Below, in pieces: positions 24,257-35,939 of a DNA stretch of 64,000 nt. The first letter of the stretch is position 1. Each line of letters begins with the position of its first letter. Source of the stretch: Heteronotia binoei. Taxonomy: Eukaryota. Both the position numbers and the translations under genes were made by a program. The stretch spans positions 8,556,001-8,620,000 of the forward strand of contig NC_083228.1 of assembly GCF_032191835.1 (NCBI RefSeq). Reading direction: 5' to 3'. The notes beneath the pieces were generated by a model. That model saw only the letters and a list, made by a program, of their open reading frames with translations, did not search any database and was not told the DNA's origin.

Positions 24257-25156
24257 TCAGGGCGCCTTCAGGCTGAATCTTTTTCTAGAGCCCACCACAA
24301 TTCCACGTTGCAGCCAGTTGTCCGTAGGGGCGGACTTTTTCTTCTCTTCTTCCAGCTCCATGATCTCATCCAGTGCTGTCTTTCTCTTCTTTTCTTTCGA
24401 CTGCCCGGAGTTCAGAGGGATTTCTTTCCGCTTCACCGTCTGTGCTGGTCCTGCCGTCCACAGCCCGCTGCGTCTCAACATACAGGGCTTGGGTGGTGGC
24501 TCTGTGGAAGTTCTCGCTCCTTGGTTCAGACTAAAGACCACTTTCTCTTTGTTGTTTCCTCGCTTTAGTTCTGTGTAGACCGGGACTTCCTGCTCCTTCC
24601 CCTGCAAGCCTCTCCTGATTTGCTCCTGAATGAACCTGGCCCTCTTCTCTTCATCGTCCAAGGCCTGCTTTCTCTTCTTCTCATGTTCCTGCTGCTGGTG
24701 GACCGTCTCCGGGTTCCGGTTGATGTACTGGAGGTACCAGCCTTTGGAGGTTTCGTCCACCTTGCAGTAGCCTTCTCTCCCGAGCCACTTGGTGAAATCG
24801 CTCAGCGTCTCCCACTGGGTGGCGTTCAGGTGGATGTGCTCCCGATAGCTGATGTATTCGTTGTACACAGCATTATTGTGGACTCTCTTGGTTCCAAATA
24901 GTCTCCGGAGGAGTTCCAGGAAATTGTTCTGGAATTGCTCCGAAAAGGAATCCAGGAACCGCTGAGGGTTTTCTGACGCCAGCAGCAGCTGTCTCTGGTG
25001 AGATTCGGACATGCAGTGACACCTGAAGCCGTTCTCATCCCTGCACTGCTTCCGGCACATCTGGCAATACCAGCGCAGCTTCTGCAGCCCCTTCGCTCTG
25101 ATGCGGTTGCCAATCGCCTTGGGGCTCAGGAAATCTGAGCTCTTTCTTCTTCCTCG
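24257..25156 (-). CDS. KIN: Intronless KIN17 retrocopy: no ATG, 3'-truncated, frame open
   Basis: SDFLSPKAIGNRIRAKGLQKLRWYCQMCRKQCRDENGFRCHCMSESHQRQ...TDNWLQRGIVV; homology ends near 24293. Zinc finger and winged helix present, C-terminal SH3-like/KOW region absent. Preceded by a pyrimidine tract and CAG at 25159-25157. Confidence 0.9.
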   Translation of the reverse strand, partial: RGRRKSSDFLSPKAIGNRIRAKGLQKLRWYCQMCRKQCRDENGFRCHCMSESHQRQLLLASENPQRFLDSFSEQFQNNFLELLRRLFGTKRVHNNAVYNEYISYREHIHLNATQWETLSDFTKWLGREGYCKVDETSKGWYLQYINRNPETVHQQQEHEKKRKQALDDEEKRARFIQEQIRRGLQGKEQEVPVYTELKRGNNKEKVVFSLNQGARTSTEPPPKPCMLRRSGLWTAGPAQTVKRKEIPLNSGQSKEKKRKTALDEIMELEEEKKKSAPTDNWLQRGIVVGSRKRFSLKAP

Positions 25157-25360
25157 CTGGGAAGGGGGGGAGGGACAAAGAGGGTGGGGGACTGGGCAGG
25201 CTGTGGGGTGGGGTTGCAGGGCTGTGGGCCAGTCTCCTAGTTCGCCTGGCTTCCCCCTGCCCTCGTGCTGCTCAGGAGGAAGCAGAAGGGGGAAGCACAC
25301 ACCAGGCTTTTTATGTTTTTAACATTAATTCAATTAGTGGTGCCCCCCTGGAAGAATTTC

Positions 25361-25486
25361 CTAGATAAGGCCCGAAGGTGGGGTCAGCTTTCTGGGGGCC
25401 CTCGGCTGGTTCCCGTCCTTGGGGTCTGCTACGGGCTCCTCCTCCTTGAGCCCAGGATGCCCGGCCTTTCGGTTCTGAAACCAGAC
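25361..25486 (-). CDS. DUX-like homeobox gene 1, helix-3 exon (VWFQNRKAGHP...LI*)
   Basis: Acceptor TTCTTTCCTTGCCTCTCTGCAG, then GTC TGG TTT CAG AAC CGA AAG. Phase 0, matching the donor at 27529. Stop after 41 codons. Confidence 0.85.
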   Translation of the reverse strand, partial: VWFQNRKAGHPGLKEEEPVADPKDGNQPRAPRKLTPPSGLI

Positions 25487-27529
25487 CTGCAGAGAGGCAA
25501 GGAAAGAAGCAAAGAGTCACCGTTATCTCTGGACACAAACCTCTCCTGCTTTCCACTTTCCACAAATCACAGAGGAGAATGATACTTGCCCATCCTAGCG
25601 GAATTCATTCCTGCCCCCTTTTCCTGGCTTCCGTGTCACCGGTTATTCCAGAAGGACAAATGTCTCTAGCCTGCCCCAGAGATTTGCAGCATAGCATCCA
25701 GTACCTCTCCCCAAAATACCCCCCCCCCAAGTTTCAAAAAGATTGGACCAGGGGGTCCAATTCTATGAGCCCCAAAAGAAGGTGCCCCTATCCTTCATTA
25801 TTTCCTATGGAGGGAAGGGATTTTAAAGATGTGTGGTCCCTTTAAATGTGATGGCCAGAACCCCCTTTGGAATTCAGTGATGCTTGTCACAGCCTTGCTC
25901 CTGGCTCCGCCCCCAATGTCTCCTGGCTCCACCCCAAAATCTACTGGCTCCGCCCCCAAAGTCCCCAGATATTTCTTGAATTGGACTTGGCAACCCTCCC
26001 CCCATCTGTTCCTTAAGAACCGCCCATGAAAAGCACTTCCTGATGGTCAGCAAGCAACCCTTCAGAAAGGCCCGGGGCTTTTTTGTAGGAGGACCTCCTT
26101 TGCATATTAGGCCACGCCCCCCTGGTGTAGCCAATCCTCCTGGACTTTACAGGGCTCTTAGACCAGGGCCTACTGTAAGCACATCAGAGGGGTGTGGCCT
26201 AATATGCAAAGGAGTTCCTGCTACACAAAAAAATCCCTGGAAAGGCCCATCCCAATATTTCCCAGCTGAGTGGTTGGCCCGGGAGCAGAGGCTGGATCAG
26301 GTAGGGGGCAGGGGGCAGAGGTTTCCAGCATCTGGGGAGGAATTTGTGGCTCTTTCTGGGACTGCCACACATGGGACAGAATGCTAACATTTCTGAAAAA
26401 AAACCCCAAACTTCTTCCCCCTCAGCAGGGAGGACGCCCTTCAACCCAACAGGATCTTCTTAAGGAACAGATGGGGGGAGGGTTGCCAGGTCCAATTCAA
26501 GAAATATCTGGGGACTTTGGGGGCGGAGCCAGGAGCAAGGGTGTGACAAGCATCACTGAACTTCAAGGGAGTTCTGGCCATCACGTTTAAAGGGACCACA
26601 CATCTTTTAAATCCCTTCCCTCCATAGGAAATAATGGATAGGGGCACCTTATTTTGGGGCTCATAGAATTGGACCCCCTGGTCCAATCTTTTTGAAACTT
26701 GGGGGGTATTTTGGGGAGAGGTACTGGATGCTATGCTGCAAATCTGGTGCCTCTACCTCAAAAAGCAACCCCCCCAGAGCCCCAGATACCCGAAGATCAA
26801 TTCTCCATTATTTCCTATGAGAATAAGTCTCCATAGGGAATAATAGAGTCCCCCCCCCATTTTCTCTCTCTCACCCACACACCCGCTTCACTGTCTCTGG
26901 GGCAAGTGGGCAGCCGTGTTGGTCTGAAGCAGTAGAACAAAGCAGGAGTCTCCGGTGCCTCCACAAGGAGGTCTGGAAAGTACAGGGGCTACGCTGCTCT
27001 TTTACACACACACACACACCCACACACACACCCACTCACTTGTCCGAAAGGAAAGCCAAACAAACAGAAGGGCTGCACCCTCAGGAGGTCTGCTGTTGCT
27101 AACCCTTCCCCATAAAGGACTTCCTGCTCCAATTTAAAGGCACACACACATTTTAAAACTGGACCTGTTTGCTGGTCCTGCCCAAGATCTAGAGGTACGG
27201 GGGGGGGGGGGGGGCTGTGGGGGAGGAGCTTCCCCCGCCGGCCAGCTGGCTGGGGGCGGGGGGGGAGCCTGTAAAACTGGGGAATCCCCCGCTGGGACCT
27301 GGAGGTTGGGAAGCCTAGATGGGGGGAAACGCAGGGCGCACACACTCAGACCCAACCTTGTCTCCCTCCAATTGTACAAAAATGCGGGTTCCGTTTCAAG
27401 GATGTAGACACCTCACCACCGCTGCTCAAGTTTGAGAATCTTCCAACCCACTCAGTCATTCTAAAAGCACAACGAATGGACACACACGAAACATAAAAGT
27501 GAGAAAGGGATATTGAGGAAGCAACTTAC

Positions 27530-27705
27530 TTGGACCCAGCTTCCAGGGACTCCTGTTCTCCTTGCCACTTCCTCCCATTTCCTGAAGCTCGGATACAGAA
27601 TATCCTGGAAGGCTTCCTCCAAAATGTCCAACTGTTTCTTCATGAAATTCGTTCTCTTTCTTCTATCTCCGCCTTGGAAAGTAGCATTCCGGTTGAAAGG
27701 AGCGT
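27530..27705 (-). CDS. DUX-like homeobox gene 1, helix-1/2 exon
   Basis: GDRRKRTNFMKKQLDILEEAFQDILYPSFRKWEEVARRTGVPGSWVQ then GTAAGT. This is the classic PRD-class intron between homeodomain residues 46 and 47. Phase-1 acceptor CCCCCTGCAG upstream. Confidence 0.85.
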
Positions 27706-28062
27706 CTGCAGGGGGAAAATGAAGAAGGTGGAGTGCCTCATGAATGCCCAATTCCCACTGTGCTCACTCCGCAATTAATCCAGCCTCCACATTCCATAGG
27801 ACAGGAACATCTAACGGACACACCTCCTAGACTGTCATTCTCCTTTTTTCAATTTGCTCCTCACAACCCCTTGTGAGGGAGGCCAGGGTGAGTATGTGTG
27901 ACTGGCAAAAGATGGCACTGGGAGCTTCAATGGCAGAGCTGGGAAGCTCACGGATTGGGAAGCAAACTGTCTTCCTTGAGAAGGAGATGGATTTTCAAGC
28001 AGGGCATCCAGAAGACCACCAAATTTGGTGAGAGTCAGTTTGGTGTAGTAGTTAAGTGCATG

Positions 28063-29462
28063 CAACTGAGAGTCATCGTTTACTATGCATCACCATACGC
28101 CCTCCCTGCGTGGGTCCAGATTGAAAAGGCAAACTTGCCCAGCCTACTTCTACACGAATTCTTTTGGTCCTCGAGAGCAGACAGAAAGGAGCTTAAAATA
28201 TCAAACCCATTTTTAAAATTTACCCTCCAACTTTGGGATCAATGGAGGAATACTATTACACCGGCTTCATCTCCAGTTATGGCCTTCCTTGGGCAATCTT
28301 GGTTCCCCCCGGGAAAAGACAAAACTCAATTTAGAGTCTGGAGGGAGAACAATATTTTTAAGTTAACTGATATTACTTTGAATGGTAAATTGTGTTCCCA
28401 CTCCCAACTAGAAAGTAAATTTAAGATCACCATCCCATGGTTCCAGTACCTACAAGTACACCATGCATTACATCATATAATACCCATTGTAATGCATAAC
28501 AGGCCACTAAACCCGGTCGAGAAATTAATTAACATAGGTAACTGCACCATAAAAGGAGTTATTTCTATGATTTATATTCTTCTAAACCAAAAAACATGGA
28601 GATGCCCCTCCACTCATCTAAACAATTGGCAGAAAGATTGTGCAATCTCAATTAATGAAGACCAATGGAGCCAGCTTTGGACATCGCCTTTATTTAAATC
28701 CAAATCCCTTTATTTTTGTCTTCAAAATTATAAGTTATTCGCAAGATGGTATATGACTCCTCTTAATCTTTTTAAGGCAAAGGTGAAGGCTGACCCCCGG
28801 TGTTGGAAAGGGTGTGGGCTTTCAGGTTCATTCTTCCACTGCTGGTGGGACTGTCCCAAGGTAACTGATTTCTGGAAATGTATTCTGGAAATAATTTCAA
28901 AAATAATAGGGGTTAATATCCCTTGCACTCCTGCAGTGGTCCTGCTAAATCTATGGCCTGATCAATTGCTGTCCACATTAAAACAGGAATTGGTTACTTT
29001 ACTTTTGCTGGCTGCTAAAATTACTTTGGCATCATACTGGAAACACCCGGATACCCCTCCACTCCAGAAATGGTGCACTAAAGTGTGGGACGTCTTGATC
29101 CAGGACAAGCTAACTACTGCCATATCTATGCTTGATAATATGAAATCAGGAGACTGGTTCTTACAGAAATGGTTTAGCTTCCTTGATTACGTAAATAGTT
29201 CCGACACTATATTTGGGAAACTGCCAGCGAAATATGTGAATTTTATGATTTATTAGTTCTGACCTGATGCAATCTATAGCTTTTTGAAATCCTGATCTAT
29301 ATGTATTTCTTGAGAGATCCTCTCTTCTTTGTTAAAATCTGCTGACAATAACGAATGTGACGGTACATTTAAGGCAATGTCGTAGACCCCATGTTGGGGC
29401 GTGTTGTTGGTTATTGAAATGTTATTTAAACTTCTTTAATAAAAATTTAAATTAAAAAAAAA
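28063..29462 (+). mobile_element. 5'-truncated L1 (ORF2 C-terminus, 3' UTR, polyA) inserted in a Squam3-type SINE
   Basis: ORF open to 29256 with the L1 cysteine motif CWKGCGLSGSFFHCWWDC. AATAAA and polyA tail. TSD AAGTGCATG at 28054-28062 and 29463-29471; SINE halves on both sides. Confidence 0.9.
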
Positions 29463-30144
29463 AAGTGCATGGACTCTTATCTGGGAGAACTGGGGTTGAT
29501 TCCCCACTCCTCCACTTGCACCTACTGGAATGGCCTTGGGTTAGCCATAGCTCTGGCAGAGGTTGTCCTTGAAAGGGCAGCTGCTGTGAGAGCCCTCTCA
29601 GCTCCACCTACCTCACAGGGTGTCTGTTGTGGCTGGGGCGGGGGAGGCAGAGGAGATTGTGACCGCTCCGAGACTCTGAGATTCAGAGTATAGGGAGAAA
29701 TCCAATACCCAATATAAATCCAATATCCAAATTTGGAAAGGGCTTCATGGCTGGAAGGTCTTAGGAGTGGGCATCATTCACAAATATTACTTTCAAGGTG
29801 GGAGAGCTGATTGAAGCCAACGAACACTACTTTTATCTCCTCCCCCGTGTAATTCCTTTACAGGTAACAAACAAAGTGGCAACACAGTATATTACAGACC
29901 AAAATCAATACCACTGTGTATACAAGCAATTTGAAAAGTCTCTTATTTTCCAAAGACACCTTATACACAGTACAACAATCTGCAAAGGGGGTGGATTCCA
30001 CAACAAATTTCTAGCCAATTCTTTCACCAATTTTCCATACAATTTATACAGGAAAGTTCCTTGTTGAAACTTTCATTTAGAGGATAAGTTTTTAGTCCTT
30101 CTCGTTGTGGCAATTACATTTCCTTATCACTAGTCGTTTTCAAC

Positions 30145-30420
30145 TCTGGAGTGTCGTTGCTTTCACAACGTTTTCACAGCAGATTTTTTACGGGCTGGTT
30201 TGCCATTGCTTTCTCCAGTCATCTACACTTCCCCCCAGCAAGCTGGGCATTTGTTTTACCGACCTTGGAAGGATGGAAGGCTGAGTCAACCTGGAGCCGG
30301 CTACCTGAACCAGCTTCCGCTGGGATCGAACTAAGGTTATGAGCAGAGGGCTCCGACTGCAGTACTGCAGCTTTACCACTCTGCACCATGGGGCTGCTTG
30401 CACAGGGGACTACCTTTACC
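30145..30420 (-). mobile_element. Sauria-type SINE
   Basis: Reverse complement of the 10368-10665 family. Confidence 0.8.
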
Positions 30421-30939
30421 TTTTAGAATAACGGCTCCAATCTTCTCCGCCTGTCAACTTAATGGGTCACGTTTAGCAGAGACGCTTGATCATAGGGCCA
30501 TTCTCCAAATGCAATCTTTTGACGTCAAAACTAAGACTTCTTGCATTCACAAAAGCCACAAGCCCCCAATCTACAGCTGTGTCCACCACCACAACAAATG
30601 CTGGATGAGCCAGGCGGTGTTTCTCAGGAAGGAAAGGAATACAAGGAATTAAACAGGCTTGTATTCAGCATGGCAGTCCAACTCTCCTAAAAGCAAAGGA
30701 AGTAACTTTCTGCTCTCTGGATGGAATTTTCAAAAACAAGCTAAGCTAGAGAAATGGGCCCTTCTCAGTCTGGAGTTTATTTATTCAAAAGAAAACCGGA
30801 GGATTTCACAATGCAATCCTATGCAGACTTACTCCAGTCTAAAGTCCCTGAAATCAATACATTTAGGAAGGAGTAAGTGTGCTTACAGCTGAAGTTCAGT
30901 GGCCCTGAAATTGCCGCCTGGTGGCGAACGTTGGATTTC

Positions 30940-32000
30940 CATGACACATTGTCCAAATTTACAAGGCAATCCATACACCAGGGGTGGCCAAACTTGCTTA
31001 ATGTGAGCCAATAGAATGGTCAGGTGTTTGAGAGCCCCAAGACATGAACGCCAGAGGTAGGTAGGTAGCTAGGAAGGAAGGAAGGCAAGCTACTATAAAT
31101 GCATTCTCCAAGCTGACAGATGACCTGGTTTGGAGAAGTGATTTAAAGAGAGAAATGCCTTCGCCAGGCTGGCTGAGCAGGGGGGGGGGGGGCTTCAAGA
31201 GCCACATAAAATGTATTAAAGAGCCACATGTGACCCCCGATCCACAGCTTGACCACCCCTGCCAGGCACTGTTATTCCAGGTTAAGGACATGAGATCAAG
31301 GGGCTTGGGCTCTTTTGATTTTGCATGGGAGGGTAAAGATGTTCCTAATTATTGCAGTCCTGAATGCATTTCTCTGGCAAAACCCCTCCACATTTCCCTG
31401 GGAGGAAAAGGCTTCTTTCTCCTGCGCCACATCAGCCATGAAAAGAAAACTTTTCCCCGATAGTACCTTCGAATCAAGGGGGTTCCTGCAGCCACTTACA
31501 GAAGGACGAACTGGCTTCTTGCACAAAACTTGGAAGTTTATAGCCCTCCTTTTCCCCAGGTAAAGCTTTTAGTCCACAAAAGCTTCTCCTGGGATTCAAG
31601 GGCCAGACTTCAAGGGCTTTGCCTAAGAGCTCCACTTTCCTTCCCCAGGGAATGGAGGAAACAGCCAAGCCAAAAGTTGCTCCCCCAGTGCCTTGACTGT
31701 ACCCTTCATCTTTATCACATGGGAGACAAACTAGGAGGGTGTTTATGGCACCATCCCTGGGGATCATTTGGGCTTCATGCAACAAAGGGGTGACTCAGAG
31801 GCCCCTATCTATCTCCCCATTAGTGCAAATGGGCCTGTAATCTGGAGGGCTCTTTCCTGGGTGGGGCCCCTTGAATCACAATGGAGGTCCTTCCCGCAGT
31901 CTGAGTTAGATGCTCTTTGCCTCGGGCCATTTCACTCTGCAGGGGACACGTTGAAAGGGAGAAAATGTTCCATTCTTGAAAAGATAAAGTTAAAGGCTGC
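30940..32000 (-). promoter_or_regulatory. Duplicated module, copy C, pointing towards homeobox gene 1
   Basis: GTGCAAAT (~31823), TGACTCA (31791-31797), minus-strand TATAAA (31542-31537) and donor GTAAGT (31499-31494). Interrupted by a MITE at about 30980-31262. Confidence 0.55.
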
Positions 32001-32232
32001 AAGGACACCTTGGCATGAGATTTCATTAAATATAGCTGCAATTTGCAATGTTGCTGCCCTATATGTGCTGTACTGTGTAACTTCTCCCCTTACTGGTTTT
32101 AAGTGTCTTCTATTCCCACACTCATCTCCAAAGTTCTAAAAACAGAGAGTGAAGAAGGGGGTAGTCTCTAAGCAAGTGAAAAAAGATGTGCTATATTTTA
32201 AAAACAAAAAAACACCAGATTCCTAGTCTCCT

Positions 32233-32450
32233 ATAAGGCTGGGGAGGGACGGTGGCTCAGTGGCAGAGCATCTGCTTGGGAAGCGGAAGGTCCCAGGTTC
32301 AATCCCTGGCATCTCCAAAAAAGGGTCCAGGCACATAGGTGTGAAAAACCACAGCTTGGGACTCTGGAGAGCCGCTGCCAGTCTGAGTAGACAATACTGA
32401 CTTTGATGGACCAAGGGTCTGATTCAGTATAAGGCAGCTTCATATGTCCA
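32233..32450 (+). mobile_element. tRNA-derived SINE (Squam2-like)
   Basis: A/B-box head GGTGGCTCAGTGGCAGAGC...GGTTCAATCCC followed by a non-tRNA body. Confidence 0.65.
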
Positions 32451-35424
32451 AGAGCTATTTTAGCTCAATTTCTCAGGGACTGTCTGCCATTTCCTCCCCA
32501 CGGCTGTTCTGTATAGTTTTAAAATTAGTATTAAATTAGCACATATCTGTTTGCTTCTTTGGTTTGGATGTCTGAATATCAGCCAGGATGGAGAAGTGGG
32601 GGGGGGGGGGGGCAGAGCTTACCTAAGAGAAGCCATGTTGGATCAGGCCAATGGCCCATCCAGTCCAACCTTCGATGTCGCACAGTGGCCAAAAACCCCC
32701 CAAGTGCCCTCTAGAGGTCCACCAGTGGGGCTAGAAGCCCTCCCACTGTGCCCCCCCCCAGCACCAGAATACAGAGCATCACTGCCCCAGACAGAGAGTT
32801 CCAACGATAAGCTGTGGCTAATAGCCACTGATGGACCTCTGCTCCATATGCTTATCTATGAAGCTGTCTATGCTCGTAGCCGACACCACCTCCTGTGGCA
32901 GTGAATTTCAGCTTCAGCTGAGAATTTCTGCTTGAACACCACATTCCCAACCCAAATGAGACCGGGGGGGGGGGTGTCCTGTTGCATTATCAGGGATTTT
33001 TATTCTCCACACTGCCCCCCCCCCTTTGTTATGAACCATCAGGGTTGCCACTATACCTTGGCACTACAGTGTTGAGAGCTACTGTTTCCAACTCTTTCTA
33101 GCCCAAGGGAGTCGAACTCATTTGTTACGAGGGCCAGATCTGACATAAATGAGCCCTTGTTGGGCTGGGCCATGTTGGGTTGGGATGAGACATGCCAGGC
33201 TGGGCCAGGTGCGTACCTATTTAAGATTAGGCAGTAGAGAAATAAACTTTTTAAAGGACACAGACAAACACAACATTAAAAAAAATCCCTTAAAACACAA
33301 CATGCTTAAAACATTAGCACTCGTTGGTCTTAAAGGTGCTTTCTGTGTATTTCTTCCATGGGATCCAGGGAACTGAGCAAAGGAAGCTCTGTCTCTTTCC
33401 TTCCTTCCCCAGGGGACCAGGAGGGTCAGAAGCCTCAGCCAATAGAAGGAAGAGAGGCTTGGTTCAGTAGCTCTGCTGTGCAATTAAGAGAGACTGGCAA
33501 AGCAAGCTCTCCCCCCTTCCTTCCCAAGGGAGGAGCCTCACCCAATGGAGAAAGCAAAGTCTTTGCTCTGTAACTCCTGTGCGATTGAGCAAGTCTGACA
33601 AAGCAAGCTGAGATGCAGAAGGAAGCAAGAGAGGGAGAAGGAAGCAGACAAGAGAAAGTTGCTCGTGGGGCTGATAGGAGCCCTCTAGAACATGATGCAC
33701 AATGCAGGAAACTCACAAACACCCCCCCCCCCCTAAATTCACAGGATCTTCATTGCTGTCAGATGGCCATCTAGCCTCTGTTTAAAAACCTCCAAGGAAG
33801 GAGAGCCCACCACCTCCCGAAGAATCCTAGAGTTGGAAGGGACCTCCAGGGTCATCTAGTCCAACCCCCTGCACAATGCAGGAAACTCACAAACCCCTCC
33901 CCCTAAACTCACAGGACCTTCATTGCTCTCAGATGGCCATTGAGCCTCTGTTGAAAAACCACAGTTAAAGGCTCGCAGCCCTGCAGAGCAGCCTAACTGC
34001 CACCTGCAACCACACCCAATTGAGCTAGGCAGAGCGTGACCTGATGTCTCAGGCACTGGGCTCTTGGAGAGCCCTAAGAGGCATCAGGCAGGTACTTTAA
34101 AAACAGTAAGGCTTTTATAAGAAAAGCAAGTCAAAGTTTTAAAGGTAATTAAGGAAGTGCCAAAGAAAACAAAAACACTAACACAAATAAACAAACTAAT
34201 ACAACAGACAGCAGACAGGCAATTTACCATGTGGTTCCACCGCTTCAGTCGGACAGCATTCGTCACCCTGAGAGTGGCTAGAAGAGCGTAGGCAGCATGA
34301 CCCACGCCCTCTGCAATCATCCCTCCAGAGTGGTGAATAGTTATAGGGATCCCAATTCCCAGGAACATTCTGGACCGCCAATTAGAAGAGGCTCCTCATT
34401 GGGAGATGACTCAGCAGATCTTAAATGGAGTTTTGACAGCTGTCAAACTAACTGCTGCCCACCGCAGTTTCTGGTCTAGCTCAACATTAGGCCTGATTAG
34501 GCATATCTGGGATTAGCAAGTCCAACTCAAGAAATATCTGGGGACTTTGGGGGTGGAGCCAGGAGACTTTGGGGGTGGAGCCAGGAGACATTGGGGGTGG
34601 AGTCAGGAGCAAGGGTGTGATGAGCATAATTGAACTCCAAAGGGAGTTCTGGCCATCACATTTAAAGGGACCACACACCTTTTCAATGCCTTCCTTCCAT
34701 AGGAAATAATGGATAGGGGCACATTATTTTGGGGCTCATAGAATTGGACCCCCTGGTCCAATCTTTTTGAAACTTGGAGGGTATTTTGAGGAGAGGCACC
34801 AGATGCTATGCTGCAAAATTGGTGCCTCTACCTCAAAAACAGCCTCCTCAGAGCTCCAGATACACGCAGATCAATTCTCCATTGTACCCTATGGGAATTG
34901 GTCTGCTTAGGGAATAATGGAGTGTCCAGCAGACATCCCCCCCCCACCGCTTTCTGATGACCCTGAAGCGGGGGGGGGGGGAAGGCCTCCAAACCAGGGG
35001 ATCCCCTGCCCCCACCTGGGGATTGGCAGTCCTAGCCATATCTCACAGATGGAGGAAATCAAGGCCATTCTACCTTCTAGGCTGGATCTTAAACGGCCCT
35101 TTCCACTTGCTGATGTTATTTATGCTTGTGCACCAGGCCACAGTCGCTGATTCAGGGCTTAGAAATCAGGAAAAGGCCAAGGCCACAGGCCTTTTCATGA
35201 CATGCATGCAGATGGGTCTTCCCCAGCTAAAAATCCTTCCTCTACAGTACCTGAACCTAAAGGAAGAAGATGTCGACCAAAGCTTGCATGGGTGGGGTAG
35301 GACATCATTCTTAGGGATAAGGAAACCTGTAGCAGCCAATGAAACCCAATAAAAATGCAAAACCCACCCCATGACTAACCAGCACACACATTGGGGGCTG
35401 GTATTCAGAGACATAGGAGGCCCA

Positions 35425-35930
35425 TAGGATTAGATCCAAGTGGGCAGCCGTGTTGATCTGAAGCAGTAGAACGAAGCAAGAGTCAAGTAGCACCTTTAAG
35501 ACCAACAAAGTTTTATTCAGGATGTAGGCTTTCGTGTGCTCTAAGCACACTTCATCAGGTGAGGTAGAGTGAGCAGAGCTACATATAGCTGGTAGGGAGG
35601 GGTATAGAATGCAAAATGGTACAAATTTAAGATCCAATGACAGAACAGTAAAATTAACAAATTGAGCAAACCTTTGATCAGGGTAGCATGAGTGCGAGAA
35701 ACAAATAAAACAGTAACATGTCAAAATGTGAGAATGTCTGTTAATCACTCTATTGTTATAAGCCTGGGCCAAAATGAGGGCATTTCTTTCTCAGACATTT
35801 TTCCCATCCAGCTAATTTACCTTTTAGCATGTGACATACATGTAGTTCACCATTAGAAAAAATACATTAAAATATAGTGGAAGATGGGTTTAGTATACGT
35901 AATGATATAAACAGCCAATATCCCTATTTG
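35425..35930. mobile_element. Penelope-like fragment
   Basis: Same terminal motif and internal sequence as 14090-14700. Confidence 0.6.
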
Positions 35931-35939
35931 AGAATTAGA

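Noticed and set aside
25157-25300. GTG-initiated N-terminal extension of the KIN17 ORF
   Set aside because: No KIN homology, and it ends in a pyrimidine tract plus CAG, so it reads better as intron.
25326-25336. P3 palindrome TAAT-TCA-ATTA just after the homeobox 1 stop
   Set aside because: About 2 expected by chance in the window. The position is suggestive only.
27898-28062. N-terminal 55 codons of the 452-aa ORF
   Set aside because: They run through unique and SINE sequence upstream of the L1 TSD; not part of L1 ORF2.
32233-32310. tRNA-like sequence
   Set aside because: SINE head continuing into a SINE body, with no complete cloverleaf.
34045-34470. Possible solo LTR on the minus strand
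   Set aside because: CCAAT and TATA-like motifs are present, but I could not define termini or a TSD.
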